Positions 34,071 to 45,885 of a stretch of 64,000 bases of DNA are shown one piece after another. Every line of letters begins with the position of its first letter. Within the stretch, counting starts at the first letter, position 1. The translations under genes were made by a program, and so were the position numbers. The notes under the pieces were generated by a model. That model did not search any database, had not been told where the DNA came from, and saw only the letters and a program-made list of their open reading frames with translations. Source of the DNA: an uncultured Gammaproteobacteria bacterium (GTDB lineage: Bacteria; Pseudomonadota; Gammaproteobacteria; UBA9214); assembly GCA_963773065.1 (NCBI GenBank), contig CAVYZN010000033.1:37414-101413 (forward strand). Reading direction: 5' to 3'.

Positions 34071-35195
34071 TCACGTCGGTAGCAGTTTGCGATGCGTCTG
34101 TATCGACATGAGGATACCAAAACCCGCCATCAGCGTAACGATGGATGTGCCGCCGTAGCTGATCATCGGCAGCGGCACGCCGACCACGGGCAGCAAGCCG
34201 GTCACCATGCCCGTGTTGACGATCACATAGACAAAAAACGTCATCGCCAGACTCCCGGCAAGCAGGCGCGTGTAGGTGTCCTGCGCCTGGATGGCGATGA
34301 GGATGCCGCGTACCACGATGACGATGTAAAACGCAAACAGCACCATGATCCCGATGAAACCAAACTCCTCGCTGAGTACGGCAAAAATGAAATCGGTCGA
34401 GCGCTCCGGAAGGAAATCAAGCTGGGACTGGGTTCCGTTCAGCCATCCCTTGCCGAACAGGCCACCGGAACCAATGGCGATCTCGGACTGGATAATATGA
34501 TAACCGGTGCCGAGCGGGTCATTCTGCGGGTTGAGGAAGGTGATCACGCGCTGGCGCTGGTAGTCGTGCATGAAATGCCACAGCAGCGGGGCGGCGGCGG
34601 CGGCGAGTGCGGTCAGTACAAACAGCAGGCGCCATTGCAGCCCGGCCAGGAACAGGGCGAAGAAGCCGGCGCTGGCGATGAGCAGCGCCGTTCCCAGGTC
34701 CGGCTGCTTGACGATCATCAGTGTGGGGACGATGGTCATCACGATGCTGGCGAGCAACTGGAAACGGTTAGGCGGCAGGGATGCATCGGCCAGGTACCAG
34801 GCCACCATCATGGGCACGGCCAGTTTCATCATTTCGGATGGCTGGAAACGGATGATATACAGGTCCAGCCAGCGTTGCGCCCCGCTGCTGATCTCGCCCT
34901 CGACCAGAACCGCCAGCAGCAGCAGGATGCCGGCCGCGAAGACCCAGGGCGTCATGCGTTGCAACATACGGGGTGTAACCTGCGCCACCGCGATCATGGC
35001 GGCAAAGGCAAGGCTCAGGCGCAGCAACTGGCGCACGATCAGATCCATATCCCTGCCGCCGGCGCTGTAGAGGACCAGCAATCCGATGGCCGATACCCCG
35101 ATCAGCGCGACCAGCAGCGGCGCATCGATGTGCAGGCGATACTGCCATCCGCGCTGGCTGGCGTCATCCCGGCTGGTTGAAATTCCGGTGCTCAC
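34071..35195 (-). CDS. rodA: Rod shape-determining protein RodA
   Basis: GAQRW, FQPSE, QPDLGT, FLPERSTDFIF and ISYGGTS; GTG start at 35195 overlaps mrdA TGA. Confidence 0.94.
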   Translation of the reverse strand: MSTGISTSRDDASQRGWQYRLHIDAPLLVALIGVSAIGLLVLYSAGGRDMDLIVRQLLRLSLAFAAMIAVAQVTPRMLQRMTPWVFAAGILLLLAVLVEGEISSGAQRWLDLYIIRFQPSEMMKLAVPMMVAWYLADASLPPNRFQLLASIVMTIVPTLMIVKQPDLGTALLIASAGFFALFLAGLQWRLLFVLTALAAAAAPLLWHFMHDYQRQRVITFLNPQNDPLGTGYHIIQSEIAIGSGGLFGKGWLNGTQSQLDFLPERSTDFIFAVLSEEFGFIGIMVLFAFYIVIVVRGILIAIQAQDTYTRLLAGSLAMTFFVYVIVNTGMVTGLLPVVGVPLPMISYGGTSIVTLMAGFGILMSIQTHRKLLPT

Positions 35196-37043
35196 GTCGG
35201 TCCTCCCAGCAGGTAACTGTCCATGATGCGCGCGTGCGATGGGCGCGGCCACGGAAGCTCCGTGGCCGCCGTGTTCGACGATGACGGCCACGGCGATCTT
35301 CGGGTCGTCCACGGGCGCGAAGGCGATGAACAGGGCATGATCGCGCAGTTTTTCACCGATTTGCTTCGCATCGTATTTTTCCTCCTGCTTGAGGCCATAG
35401 ACCTGTGCCGTCCCGGTCTTGCCCGCGATCTTATAGGGACTGTCGATGCCGATGTGCCGGGCCGTGCCACGGGCGCTGTGCACGACATCGACCATGGCAT
35501 TGATGACCGTGTCCCAGTTTTCCGGATCTTGCACGGAGATGGTTTCCTCGATCTGCAGCAGATGCGGCAGCAGGGCATCGCTGCCGGCTTCCTGCTCCGC
35601 ATGGACGATGGATGGCCTGATACGCCGGCCGCGGTTTGCCAGCGCCGCCGTCGCCGCGGCCAGTTGCAGGGGCGTGGCCATGAAAAACCCCTGGCCGATG
35701 CCGGTGATGATGGTCTCGCCGGGGAACCAGGGCTGGTTGCGACGTTCGCGTTTCCACTGGGCTGACGGTAACAGACCCGGCAATTCTCCCTGGATATCGA
35801 TGCCGGTGGGGCTGCCGAACCCGAAGTGCGCGAGATAATCATGGAGCCGGTTGATGCCCATCGACAGGGCGAGATCGTAGAAATACACGTCACAGGACTG
35901 GGCAATCGCCGTACTGAGGTTTACCGTGCCGTGACCGGTATGCTTCCAGTCGCGGTATTTGCGCGTGCTGCCCGGCAACATGAAAAACCCCGGGCAATAG
36001 GTGCTGGATCTGCCGCTGGTTATGCCCTGTTCCAGTCCCGCCAGTCCCATGAAGGGTTTGACGGTGGAGCCCGGCGGGTATTGTCCGCGCAAGGCGCGGT
36101 TGAACAGGGGTTGCTTCTCGTCATCCTTGAGCGCCTTGTAGTCGACGTATTCGATGCCGTTCACGAAAGGATTCGGGTCGTAGGTTGGCATGCTGACCAG
36201 GGCCAGGATGTCGCCGGTTCTGGGGTCGAGCGCGATCGCGGTGCCCGTATAGTCGCCAAATGCCTTTTCCGCGGCATCCTGCAAGCGCGAGTCGAGCGTC
36301 AGGTAGAGGTTTCTCCCGGCTATGGGCGGGGTGCGTTGCAGCACCCGCAGGATGCGCCCCTGCGCGGTGGTCTCCACCTGCTGCACACCGACGCTGCCGT
36401 GCAGCACGCTCTCATAGGATTTCTCGATGCCGATCTTGCCGATGTGGGTCGTGCCGTTGTAGTTGGACGTGTCCAGGTCCTTCAGGGCGTTTTCATCAAT
36501 CCGCCCGACGTAACCCAGCGCGTGCACCGCGAGTTTTCCCAGCGGGTAATGACGCGCGAGGCCGGCCTGGATATCGACGCCCGGGAAGCGGTACCGGTTG
36601 ACGGAAAAGCGTCCGACCTCCTCGTCACTCAGGTGAAAGCGCAGCGGCACGGCTTCAAAGCGCGGCTTGCTGCGCAGGAGTTTCTCGAACCGGATGCGGT
36701 CGGTCTCCCGAACATCGATGATCTTTGCGAGCTCCGCGAGGGTCGCCTGCATGTCATCGACCTGTTCCGCGGTGATTTCCAGCCGGAAGGAGGGCAGGTT
36801 GTCGGCGAGCAGGATGCCGTTGCGGTCATAGATCAGGCCGCGATTGGGGGCGATGGCCTGGAGCTTTACGCGGTTGTCTTCCGAGAGCGTCGTGAAGTGT
36901 TCATGCGCGATGACCTGCAGGTAGAAGAGCCGGCTGAACAGCGCCACCAGCAGCAGGCCGCAAAACACCAGCAGAATGATCGCCCGGGTGGTGAACAGGC
37001 GATATTCCAGGAAGTGGTCCTTTAGCGTCAGTTGTCGCAGCAT
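35192..37043 (-). CDS. mrdA: Penicillin-binding protein 2 (indel near 35240 fuses it to rodA in the ORF track)
   Basis: PGSTVK, SCD and KTGT motifs; natural end ARIMDSYLLGGPT* in a shifted frame. Confidence 0.94.
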
Positions 37044-37079
37044 TACGGCGAATGATGTTGCGTCTGTCCGGTTCGCAGT

Positions 37080-37568
37080 TTAACTGACGCGAAAACCCCG
37101 CCGCAGCGATCGCAGGGTGACATAGACCAGCGGCCAGACGATCATGCCCATGAGCGAGGGCGCCCAGTAGTACCAGGGCGGCCCCGGACGGCCGATGAAG
37201 CGGCTGACCCATAATGCCAGCAGTTGATGCAGCACCAGCAGCACCAGGATCGTCAGCGACTGCTGCCAGATCGGGAACAGCCGGACGCGCTGATGGAATC
37301 TCAATGCCAGGTAGGCGACGATGGTCAACGCCATGGCGTGCTGTCCCAGCAGGGAACCGGTCAGCATATCGACCAGCAGGCCCATGAACCAGCCGGTGCT
37401 GACACCGACCCGCTCCGGTAGCGCCATACACCAGTAGATCAGCACCAGGCCGACCCAGTCGGGTCGCAGGTAACGCATCCATTCCGGCAGGGGCATGATG
37501 GTCAGCAGCAGGGCCATCAGGAACGTCACGATAATCACGCTGCCGCCATGATGCCTGGCAAGGATCAC
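37080..37568 (-). CDS. mreD: Rod shape-determining protein MreD
   Basis: RPDWVGLVLIYW..P.RVG, GLLVD and LGQHA; synteny. Confidence 0.93.
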   Translation of the reverse strand: MILARHHGGSVIIVTFLMALLLTIMPLPEWMRYLRPDWVGLVLIYWCMALPERVGVSTGWFMGLLVDMLTGSLLGQHAMALTIVAYLALRFHQRVRLFPIWQQSLTILVLLVLHQLLALWVSRFIGRPGPPWYYWAPSLMGMIVWPLVYVTLRSLRRGFRVS

Positions 37569-37572
37569 GGCG

Positions 37573-38490
37573 TTACTCCGCCGGTGCGGAGGGTTCCCCC
37601 GCACGGGTCGCGCTGTTCTGCGCGGCGGGTTCATCCCCTGGCGGCGCGGCGGCCGGCTTCAGTTCATGGGTTTCTCCCGGCCATACCAGCAAGACCTCGC
37701 GGCTGCGGTCCAGCCGCGCGGTGGGGGTCGCGGTGACATGAGCAAAGGATTGTCCGGGGTCATGCTCGATGGTCTCGACTATGGCCACCGGATAGCCGGG
37801 CGGAAATTTGCCCCCCAGGCCGGATGTGGTCAGCAGGTCACCGGGACGTATGTCGGCATTGTTCGAGAGGTAGGGCAGTTCCAGCCGGTTGATGGTGCCG
37901 CTGCCGATGGCGATGGTCCGCATGCCGTTGCGGTTGACCTGCACCGGGATCGCATGTGAGGTATCGGTAATCAGCAGGGCGGTCGAGGTGTAGGGCCCGA
38001 CATGCACCACCTGACCCATCACGCCGTTCGCATCGAGCAGGGGCTGGCCCGGATAGATATTGTCCAGTTCGCCCTTGTTGATGACGATCTGGTGCTGATA
38101 GGGATCGAGATTGGCGGACAGCAGCTCCGCCACCAGGATCTTCTGGCCGACCTGGAAGGATGAGTCGAGCAGTTCGCGCAGGCGGATGTTCTCGACCTCC
38201 AGTGACTGCAGTTTCTGACCCTGCGCCTTGAGCATCAGGATCTGGGTGCGCAGGCCGGCGTTTTCTTCCTGCAACTGACGGCGTGTGGCCAGGGATTCGC
38301 TGAACCATCCATAGACCGCGCCGGGCAGTTCCACCATCATCTGCAGCGGGTAGACCACCAGCGACAGGCCGGCGCGCAACGACTCCAGGTGCCGCTGGCG
38401 GTGGTCCATCGTCATCAGCACGACCGACAGGGCAACGAACACGACCAGTCGTGCCGTGATCGAGGGACCCTGTGTAAAAATCAGTTTTAT
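37573..38490 (-). CDS. mreC: Rod shape-determining protein MreC (apparent ATA start)
   Basis: Coiled coil EN.RLRELL, INKG and TSGLGGKFPPGYPV; N-terminus IKLIFTQGPS in frame. Confidence 0.93.
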   Translation of the reverse strand: MKLIFTQGPSITARLVVFVALSVVLMTMDHRQRHLESLRAGLSLVVYPLQMMVELPGAVYGWFSESLATRRQLQEENAGLRTQILMLKAQGQKLQSLEVENIRLRELLDSSFQVGQKILVAELLSANLDPYQHQIVINKGELDNIYPGQPLLDANGVMGQVVHVGPYTSTALLITDTSHAIPVQVNRNGMRTIAIGSGTINRLELPYLSNNADIRPGDLLTTSGLGGKFPPGYPVAIVETIEHDPGQSFAHVTATPTARLDRSREVLLVWPGETHELKPAAAPPGDEPAAQNSATRAGEPSAPAE

Positions 38491-38602
38491 GAGAGCACCC
38501 CTCGTAAAAAGCGGTGTTGATCCGCAAGCACTACACGTCCCGCGGTGTTGGCCCGCTATTCTAGCTTATTTGCCGCGCCGGGGCGGCATGGGGTTGCCGC
38601 GG

Positions 38603-39679
<1,077 letters not shown>

Positions 39680-39786
39680 TCATCGAAGTGGGGTAATCTA
39701 TCAACGGGGGGAGCTTTGGGCAAGGAGTCAATTATGCTACCTTTGCGGCCCTGGTGAGTACCCGTCAGCCCGCCAATGGAGCCCGC

Positions 39787-40074
39787 ATGGCACTTGAAGC
39801 TTCGCAAGTCAAAAAGATCGCTCACCTGGCACGCTTGGGAATCGATCCGAATGACGTTGCCGGTTATGCTCGCAACCTGTCCGCTATCCTGGCGTTTGTC
39901 GAGCAACTGAACAGCGTGGATACCTCCGGCGTGAAGCCGCTGGCCCACCCGCTGGAGGCCACGCAGCGTCTGCGCCCCGATGCCGTGACCGAGCCGGATG
40001 AGCGCGAGAAATTCCTGCGTAACGCCCCCCTGACAGAGGGCGGACTGTACCTGGTACCCAAGGTGATCGAGTGA
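39787..40074 (+). CDS. gatC: Asp/Glu-tRNA amidotransferase subunit C
   Basis: KIAHLARL...VDTSGVKPLAHP...YLVPKVIE. Confidence 0.94.
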   Translation: MALEASQVKKIAHLARLGIDPNDVAGYARNLSAILAFVEQLNSVDTSGVKPLAHPLEATQRLRPDAVTEPDEREKFLRNAPLTEGGLYLVPKVIE

Positions 40075-40106
40075 CTTCAGGAACAGCGTCTATCTAAATG
40101 CGCAAT

Positions 40107-40177
40107 TGGCCACGGAAGCACACGGAAAAACACGGCATACCCGGATAATCCATGTCTTCCGCGTGCTTCCGAGGCTA
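40107..40177. repeat. CACGGAA-periodic imperfect inverted repeat element
   Basis: TGGCCACGGAAGCACACGGAA (40107-40127) pairs with TTCCGCGTGCTTCCGAGGCTA (40157-40177); partial copies at 43366-43376 and 45848-45865. Confidence 0.7.
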
Positions 40178-40220
40178 TTTCCGGGTTATGGTTCACCAGG
40201 ACCCTCGACCGAATCCATTT

Positions 40221-41675
40221 ATGCACCAGAAAACCCTCGTTGCAATTGTCCGCCGGCCTCAGGCGGGGCGAGTACTCCAGTGAAGAACTGACGCGCGCCT
40301 GCCTGGCGCGGGTGGCGGCGCTGGACGGAAAGCTCAACTGCTTCATCACCGTGACCGGGGAGCAGGCGCTCGCGGCCGCGCGCGCGGCGGACCGGCGCAT
40401 CCAGGCCGGCGAGGCCGGAGCGCTCACGGGTATCCCGTTTGCCCACAAGGATATTTTCTGCACCGAGGGGGTGCGCACCAGTTGCGGCTCGCGCATGCTG
40501 GACAATTTCGTGGCCCCCTATGACGCGACCGTGACGCAGAAACTGAAGGACGCCGGGGCGGTGATGATCGGCAAGACCAACATGGATGAATTCGCCATGG
40601 GTTCATCCAATGAAACGAGCTACTACGGCCCGGTGAAAAACCCCTGGGACACGGCCCGGGTCCCCGGCGGGTCTTCCGGCGGGTCGGCCGCGGCGGTGGC
40701 GGCGCGCCTGGTCCCGGCCGCCACCGGCACCGACACCGGCGGGTCGATCCGCCAGCCGGCCGCCCTGTGCGGGATCACCGGCATCAAGCCCACCTACGGG
40801 CGCGTGTCGCGTTACGGCATGGTCGCGTTCGCCTCCAGCCTCGATCAGGGCGGACCGTTTGCGCGCACGGCCGAGGATGCGGCCGTGATGCTGGCGCCAT
40901 GGCCGGATTCGATCCGCGCGATTCAACCAGCGTGGACCGGCCGGTCGATGATTACCGTGCCGGCCTCTCGGACTCCCTGCGGGGTCTGCGCATCGGGCTG
41001 CCGAAGGAATATTTCGGCGCCGGGCTGGACGGCGGGGTGGCGGCGACAATCGAGGCGGCTCGGGCCGAGTTCGAAAAACTGGGCGCCATTGTCGTTGACA
41101 TCACCCTGCCCAATACCGCGCTGTCGGTGCCGGCCTACTACGTGGTCGCGCCCGCGGAATGCTCATCCAACCTCTCCCGCTTCGACGGCGTGCGCTACGG
41201 CTACCGGGCGGAAAATCCGCGCGACCTGGAGGACCTGTACAAGCGCTCGCGCGGCGAGGGATTCGGCGCCGAGGTCAAGCGGCGCATCATGATCGGCACC
41301 TACGCGCTGTCGGCCGGCTACTACGATGCCTACTATCTGAAGGCGCAGCAGGTGCGGCGCCTGATCCGCGAGGATTTCCTGCGCGCCTTCGAAGACGTGG
41401 ACGTCATCATGGGGCCGACCTCGCCGAGCGTCGCCTTCCGGCTGGGCGAGAAGGCCGATGATCCGGTGACCATGTACCTGTCCGACATCTACACCATCGC
41501 CGTCAATCTCGCCGGGCTGCCGGGCATGTCCATCCCCGCCGGCTTCGCCGCCGGCCTGCCGGTGGGACTGCAGCTCATCGGCAATTATTTCGAGGAGGGG
41601 CGGCTGCTCGCTATCGGGCATCAGTTCCAGCAGGTCACGGACTGGCACGCGCGCTGCCCGCAGGGTTTCGAATGA
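40221..41675 (+). CDS. gatA: Asp/Glu-tRNA amidotransferase subunit A, frameshifted
   Basis: [20 protein letters not shown] and DTGGSIRQP amidase signature. Confidence 0.95.
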
Positions 41676-41714
41676 GTCGCGCGATACCACCCTGCAACCG
41701 CGCCGGTGACTGAA

Positions 41715-43151
41715 ATGGAATGGGAAACGGTCATCGGGCTGGAGATACACGCCCAGCTCGCCACGCGCAGCAAGATATTCTCCGGCGCCTCCACCCGCTA
41801 CGGCGCGCCGCCCAACACCCAGGCCTGCGCCGTGGACCTCGGCCTGCCGGGTGTGCTGCCGGTGCTCAATGCCGAGGCCGTGCGCATGGCCGCCAAGTTC
41901 GGTCTGGCCATCCATGCCAGCGTCGCGCCGCGCTGCGTGTTCGCGCGCAAGAACTATTTCTACCCCGATCTGCCCAAGGGCTACCAGATCAGCCAGTACG
42001 AGCTGCCCATCGTGCACGGCGGCTACCTCGACATCGATCTCGATGAGCAGACCACCCGGCGCATCGGCGTCACCCGCGCCCACCTCGAGGAGGATGCCGG
42101 CAAATCGCTGCACGAGGATTTCCACGGCATGACCGGGATCGATCTCAACCGCGCCGGCACGCCGCTGCTGGAGATCGTGTCGGAACCCGACCTGCGTTCG
42201 GCGAAGGAGGCGGTCGCCTACATGAAGAAGATCCATGCGCTGGTGCGCTACCTGGAGATCTGCGACGGCAACATGCAGGAAGGCTCGTTTCGCTGCGATG
42301 CCAATGTCTCCGTGCGCCCGCAGGGGCAGGCGGCGTTCGGGACGCGCACCGAGATCAAGAACATCAATTCCTTCCGGTTCGTGGAGCAGGCCATCAACTA
42401 CGAGGTCGGGCGCCAGATCGCACTGATCGAGGGCGGCGGCCGCGTCCTGCAGGAAACCCGGCTGTTCGACCCCGGCCGGCAGGAAACCCGGCCGATGCGG
42501 ACCAAGGAAGAGGCCAACGACTACCGCTATTTCCCGGATCCCGACCTGCTGCCGGTGGAGATCGGCGCGGCGTTTCTCGAGGCGGTGGCGGCCGGTCTTC
42601 CGGAACTGCCGGATGCGAAGCGCCAGCGCTTCATGGCGGACTACGGCCTGTCGGCCTACGATGCCGGCGTGCTGACCGCCACCCGGGAACTGGCGGATTT
42701 TTACGAGGCCGCCGTGGCCGCCTCGGGCGGCCTGGGCAAGCTGGCCGCCAACTGGGTGACGGGCGAGCTGGCCGGCGCGCTGAACCGCGACGGCAGGGAC
42801 ATCGGCGACAGCCCGGTCGGTGCGGCGGCGCTGGCCGGCCTGCTGCGGCGCATCGAGGACGGCACCCTCTCCGGCAAGCTCGCCAAGCAGGTGTTCGAGG
42901 CGATGTGGAACGGCGCGGGGAGCGCCGATGCGGTGATCGAACAGCAGGGACTCCGGCAGATCACCGACACCTCGGCCATCGAGGGGATCATCCGGGAGAT
43001 CCTGGAGAAAAATCCGAAGCAGCTTGAGCAGTACCGCGGCGGCCAGGAAAAGCTGTTCGGCTTCTTCGTCGGCCAGGTCATGAAGGCCACCCAGGGCAAG
43101 GCCAATCCCGCCCAGGTCAATGAGCTGCTGAAGAAACTCATCGGCGCCTGA
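41715..43151 (+). CDS. gatB: Asp/Glu-tRNA amidotransferase subunit B
   Basis: [34 protein letters not shown] and [10 protein letters not shown]. Confidence 0.97.
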   Translation: MEWETVIGLEIHAQLATRSKIFSGASTRYGAPPNTQACAVDLGLPGVLPVLNAEAVRMAAKFGLAIHASVAPRCVFARKNYFYPDLPKGYQISQYELPIVHGGYLDIDLDEQTTRRIGVTRAHLEEDAGKSLHEDFHGMTGIDLNRAGTPLLEIVSEPDLRSAKEAVAYMKKIHALVRYLEICDGNMQEGSFRCDANVSVRPQGQAAFGTRTEIKNINSFRFVEQAINYEVGRQIALIEGGGRVLQETRLFDPGRQETRPMRTKEEANDYRYFPDPDLLPVEIGAAFLEAVAAGLPELPDAKRQRFMADYGLSAYDAGVLTATRELADFYEAAVAASGGLGKLAANWVTGELAGALNRDGRDIGDSPVGAAALAGLLRRIEDGTLSGKLAKQVFEAMWNGAGSADAVIEQQGLRQITDTSAIEGIIREILEKNPKQLEQYRGGQEKLFGFFVGQVMKATQGKANPAQVNELLKKLIGA

Positions 43152-43278
43152 TTGCCGCCTTCGGCACTCCGTGGGATCTGGGCACACCAGCGGCAATCCT
43201 TACGTGCTTGTAATCGCCGACGGAGACCGCACGAGTACCCGACGGATTAATGAACATGAATTATTTCGACATCCTGCC

Positions 43279-43347
43279 GTAGGAGCGGGCTTGCCCGCGA
43301 ATACTTCAACATGTTGATCGAACATTCGCGGGCAAGCCCGCTCCTAC
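43279..43347. repeat. GTAG-type REP doublet (REPIN)
   Basis: GTAGGAGCGGGCTTGCCCGCGAAT ... ATTCGCGGGCAAGCCCGCTCCTAC, perfect inverted pair. Confidence 0.85.
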
Positions 43348-43379
43348 AGTGATTCTTCGTGGTCGTTTCCGTGGCCGCC

Positions 43380-44572
43380 ATGATGAAAATCATCGCCGAT
43401 GAGAACATACCCGCCGTGGCGCCAGGCGTTTGGCACGCTGGGGGAGGTGACGCTGCTGCCCGGGCGGAGCCTGCGGGCGCGGGACGTGCGCGATGCGGAT
43501 GTCCTGGTGGTGCGTTCGGTGACGCGTGTCGGCGGTGAGCTGCTCGATGGCTCCCGTGTGCGCTTCGTCGGTACGGCGACCATCGGCTTCGATCATGTGG
43601 ACCGGGATTACCTGCGGAGGCGGGGTATCGGGTTTGCCGCGGCGCCGGGCAGCAACGCCACTTCGGCCGCGGAGTATGTGATCAGCGCGCTGCTCGCGCT
43701 CGGCGAACGCGAGGGTTTTAACCTCGCGGAGCGCACGGTCGGGATAGTCGGCTGCGGCAATGTCGGCGCGCGCGTACGCGCCAGGCTGGCGGCGCTGGGC
43801 TGTGACTGCCTCGTCAATGACCCGCCGCTCCGTGAGCTGGGCGGCCACGCCGACTTTGTCGGGCTGCCGGATATCCTGCGGGCCGACATCATCAGCGTGC
43901 ATGTGCCGCTGGAGAAGGGGGGACGGCATCCCACCTGGCACCTCTTCGATGCCGCCGTTCATGCGGCGGATGAAGCCGGGCGCCATCCTCGTCAACACCT
44001 CGCGCGGCGCCGTGGTCGATAACCCGGCGCTGGATGCGCTGCTTGCCACACGTCAGGATCTCTCCGTGGTGCTGGATGTCTGGGAAGAGGAACCGGCGAT
44101 CAATACAGAACTGCTGCAAAAGGTCGCGCTGGGGACGGCGCACATCGCCGGCTACAGCCTGGACGGCAAGCTGCGCGGCACGGAGATGATCTACCGGGCC
44201 GCGTGTGATTATTTCGGGTGCAGGCCGCAATGGAACGCCGGCGCGGTGCTGTCCGCCGGAACGAGGCTGGACCTGAGGGGCCCGCAAGGGGGTGATGCCT
44301 TGGCCCGTTTCCGCCGGGCCGTATTCCATGCCTACGACATCCGCGCGGATGATGAACGGCTGCGTGGACTGTTGACTCTGCCGCCGGCGGAACGACCGGC
44401 CGGTTTCGACCGCCTGCGCAAGGAATATCCGGTGCGCCGCGAATTCGCCGCGACGACCGTGATCATCGACGGCGATGCCGCAAGGCTGGAGGAATTATTG
44501 CGGGCCGTCGGTTTCGAGGTGATCGTCGGCAGCGCCTACCCGGCGGGTTATGACACGGGCTCTCCGGGCTGA
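43380..44572 (+). CDS. pdxB: 4-phosphoerythronate dehydrogenase, frameshifted
   Basis: MKIIADENIP, VRSVTRV, TATIGFDH, APGSNA, GCGNVG, HIAGYS and FDRLRKEYPVRRE. Confidence 0.93.
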
Positions 44573-45321
44573 CGCCGTCCCTCGGCGCAGACCGGGCAGT
44601 GCGGGTCGCGCGGCAGTTTCAGCGTGCGCCATTCATGGACGGCTCCGTCGAAGACGACCAGGCGGCCGCACAGCGTCTCGCCGAGCGCGAGCAGCACCTT
44701 GAGCGCCTCGAGGGCCTGCAGGCTGCCGATAATGCCGACGATGGGCGAGAGCACCCCATTTTCGCTGCAGGTCTGGTATTCCTGCTCGCCTGCCCGGTAG
44801 AGGCAGGCGTAGCAGGGGCTGTCATCCCGCCCCGGCAGGAATACGGCGATCTGGCCTTCGAGGCGCACGGCGGCGCCCGAGACCAGCGGCGTGCGGTGGG
44901 CGACGCAGGCGGCGTTCACCGCAAAACGGGTGTCAAAATTGTCGCTGCAATCCAGTACGACATCCGCCAGCGCGACCTCCTGTTCAAGACTTTCTCCCTG
45001 CAGGCGTTGCGCAATCGCCGTGACGCGGACATCGGGGTTGAGCCTCGCCAGCGTATCGGTCGCCGAGGCGACTTTCGGCCGTCCGAGATCGCTCAGGTGA
45101 TGCAGGATCTGCCGTTGCAGGTTGGACAGTTCCACCCGGTCATGATCGGCAATGGCCAGGTGGCCGACGCCGGCCGCGGCCAGGTAGATGGCGGCCGGTG
45201 AACCCAGACCGCCGGCGCCGATGACCAGCGCGCGTGAGGCGAGCAAGGTGTCCTGTCCGGCGACATCGACCTGCGGCAGCAGGATCTGCCGGCTGTAACG
45301 CAACAACTGCTCGTCATCCAT
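44548..45321 (-). CDS. moeB: Molybdopterin-synthase adenylyltransferase MoeB (HesA/MoeB/ThiF)
   Basis: RYSRQI, GAGGLG, SNLQRQ, CSDN and CYAC...CPVC; typical position after prmC. Confidence 0.88.
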   Translation of the reverse strand: MDDEQLLRYSRQILLPQVDVAGQDTLLASRALVIGAGGLGSPAAIYLAAAGVGHLAIADHDRVELSNLQRQILHHLSDLGRPKVASATDTLARLNPDVRVTAIAQRLQGESLEQEVALADVVLDCSDNFDTRFAVNAACVAHRTPLVSGAAVRLEGQIAVFLPGRDDSPCYACLYRAGEQEYQTCSENGVLSPIVGIIGSLQALEALKVLLALGETLCGRLVVFDGAVHEWRTLKLPRDPHCPVCAEGRRQPGEPVS

Positions 45322-45372
45322 CCGGGAAACTGGCGTAAAGGTCGTGTGTAGCGCGGCGACTCGGGGTGCGGG

Positions 45373-45765
45373 CTAGAGATAATGCCGCATGTATTCCGGC
45401 CGATGGTCGCGACAGCCGTGCGGGCGGTGAAGGTAGCGCGTAATGAAAGCATCGCGCGTGTATTCCGCCTGATCGTGGACGCGATCGGTGCACTCGATGT
45501 CTTCGATGTAATAGCAGAGGCTGCGCATGAAGCGGCAGTAAAAGCCGGTATGCAGGCGGTAGCCGAGTTCCCCCAGCAGGGCCTCGATGATCTGCATGGT
45601 GATCTGGCGCACGTTGTAGCTGACCTTGATGCGGTGCGGGCCCAGGGTTTGCACGCGCACGACACCCTTAACGTCATGCAGCAGTTGCGCGGCGGACTCG
45701 GTGATATCGGGATCCGCGTCTGCCTTGCTGAGGCGGATGGTCCTGTGTTTCAGTTTCTCGCTCAC
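45373..45765 (-). CDS. Hypothetical protein with HMA-like N-terminal fold
   Basis: VKGVVRV...VSYN...IEALLGELGY ferredoxin-like pattern, no CxxC; His/Cys-containing C-terminus. Confidence 0.6.
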   Translation of the reverse strand: MSEKLKHRTIRLSKADADPDITESAAQLLHDVKGVVRVQTLGPHRIKVSYNVRQITMQIIEALLGELGYRLHTGFYCRFMRSLCYYIEDIECTDRVHDQAEYTRDAFITRYLHRPHGCRDHRPEYMRHYL

Positions 45766-45885
45766 GCTCTAATCCTAGACCGATGGGCGCAAATAGCAAC
45801 CTTCGGCTGCCCGTGTGGTACGTTGGGTGCCTGATAAATAGTATAAATGGCCACGGAAGCACACGCAGCGCCGTCGGCCTGCGGG

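Noticed and set aside
34071-37043. 990-aa PBP2-RodA fusion
   Set aside because: The normal PBP2 end (ARIMDSYLLGGPT*) is in the shifted frame with a GTGA stop/start overlap at 35192-35195. One extra base near 35240 explains the fusion.
41163-43196. Long antisense ORFs (677 aa here; also 35826-37025, 54981-56360 and others)
   Set aside because: They are shadow frames of GC-rich core genes with no motifs.
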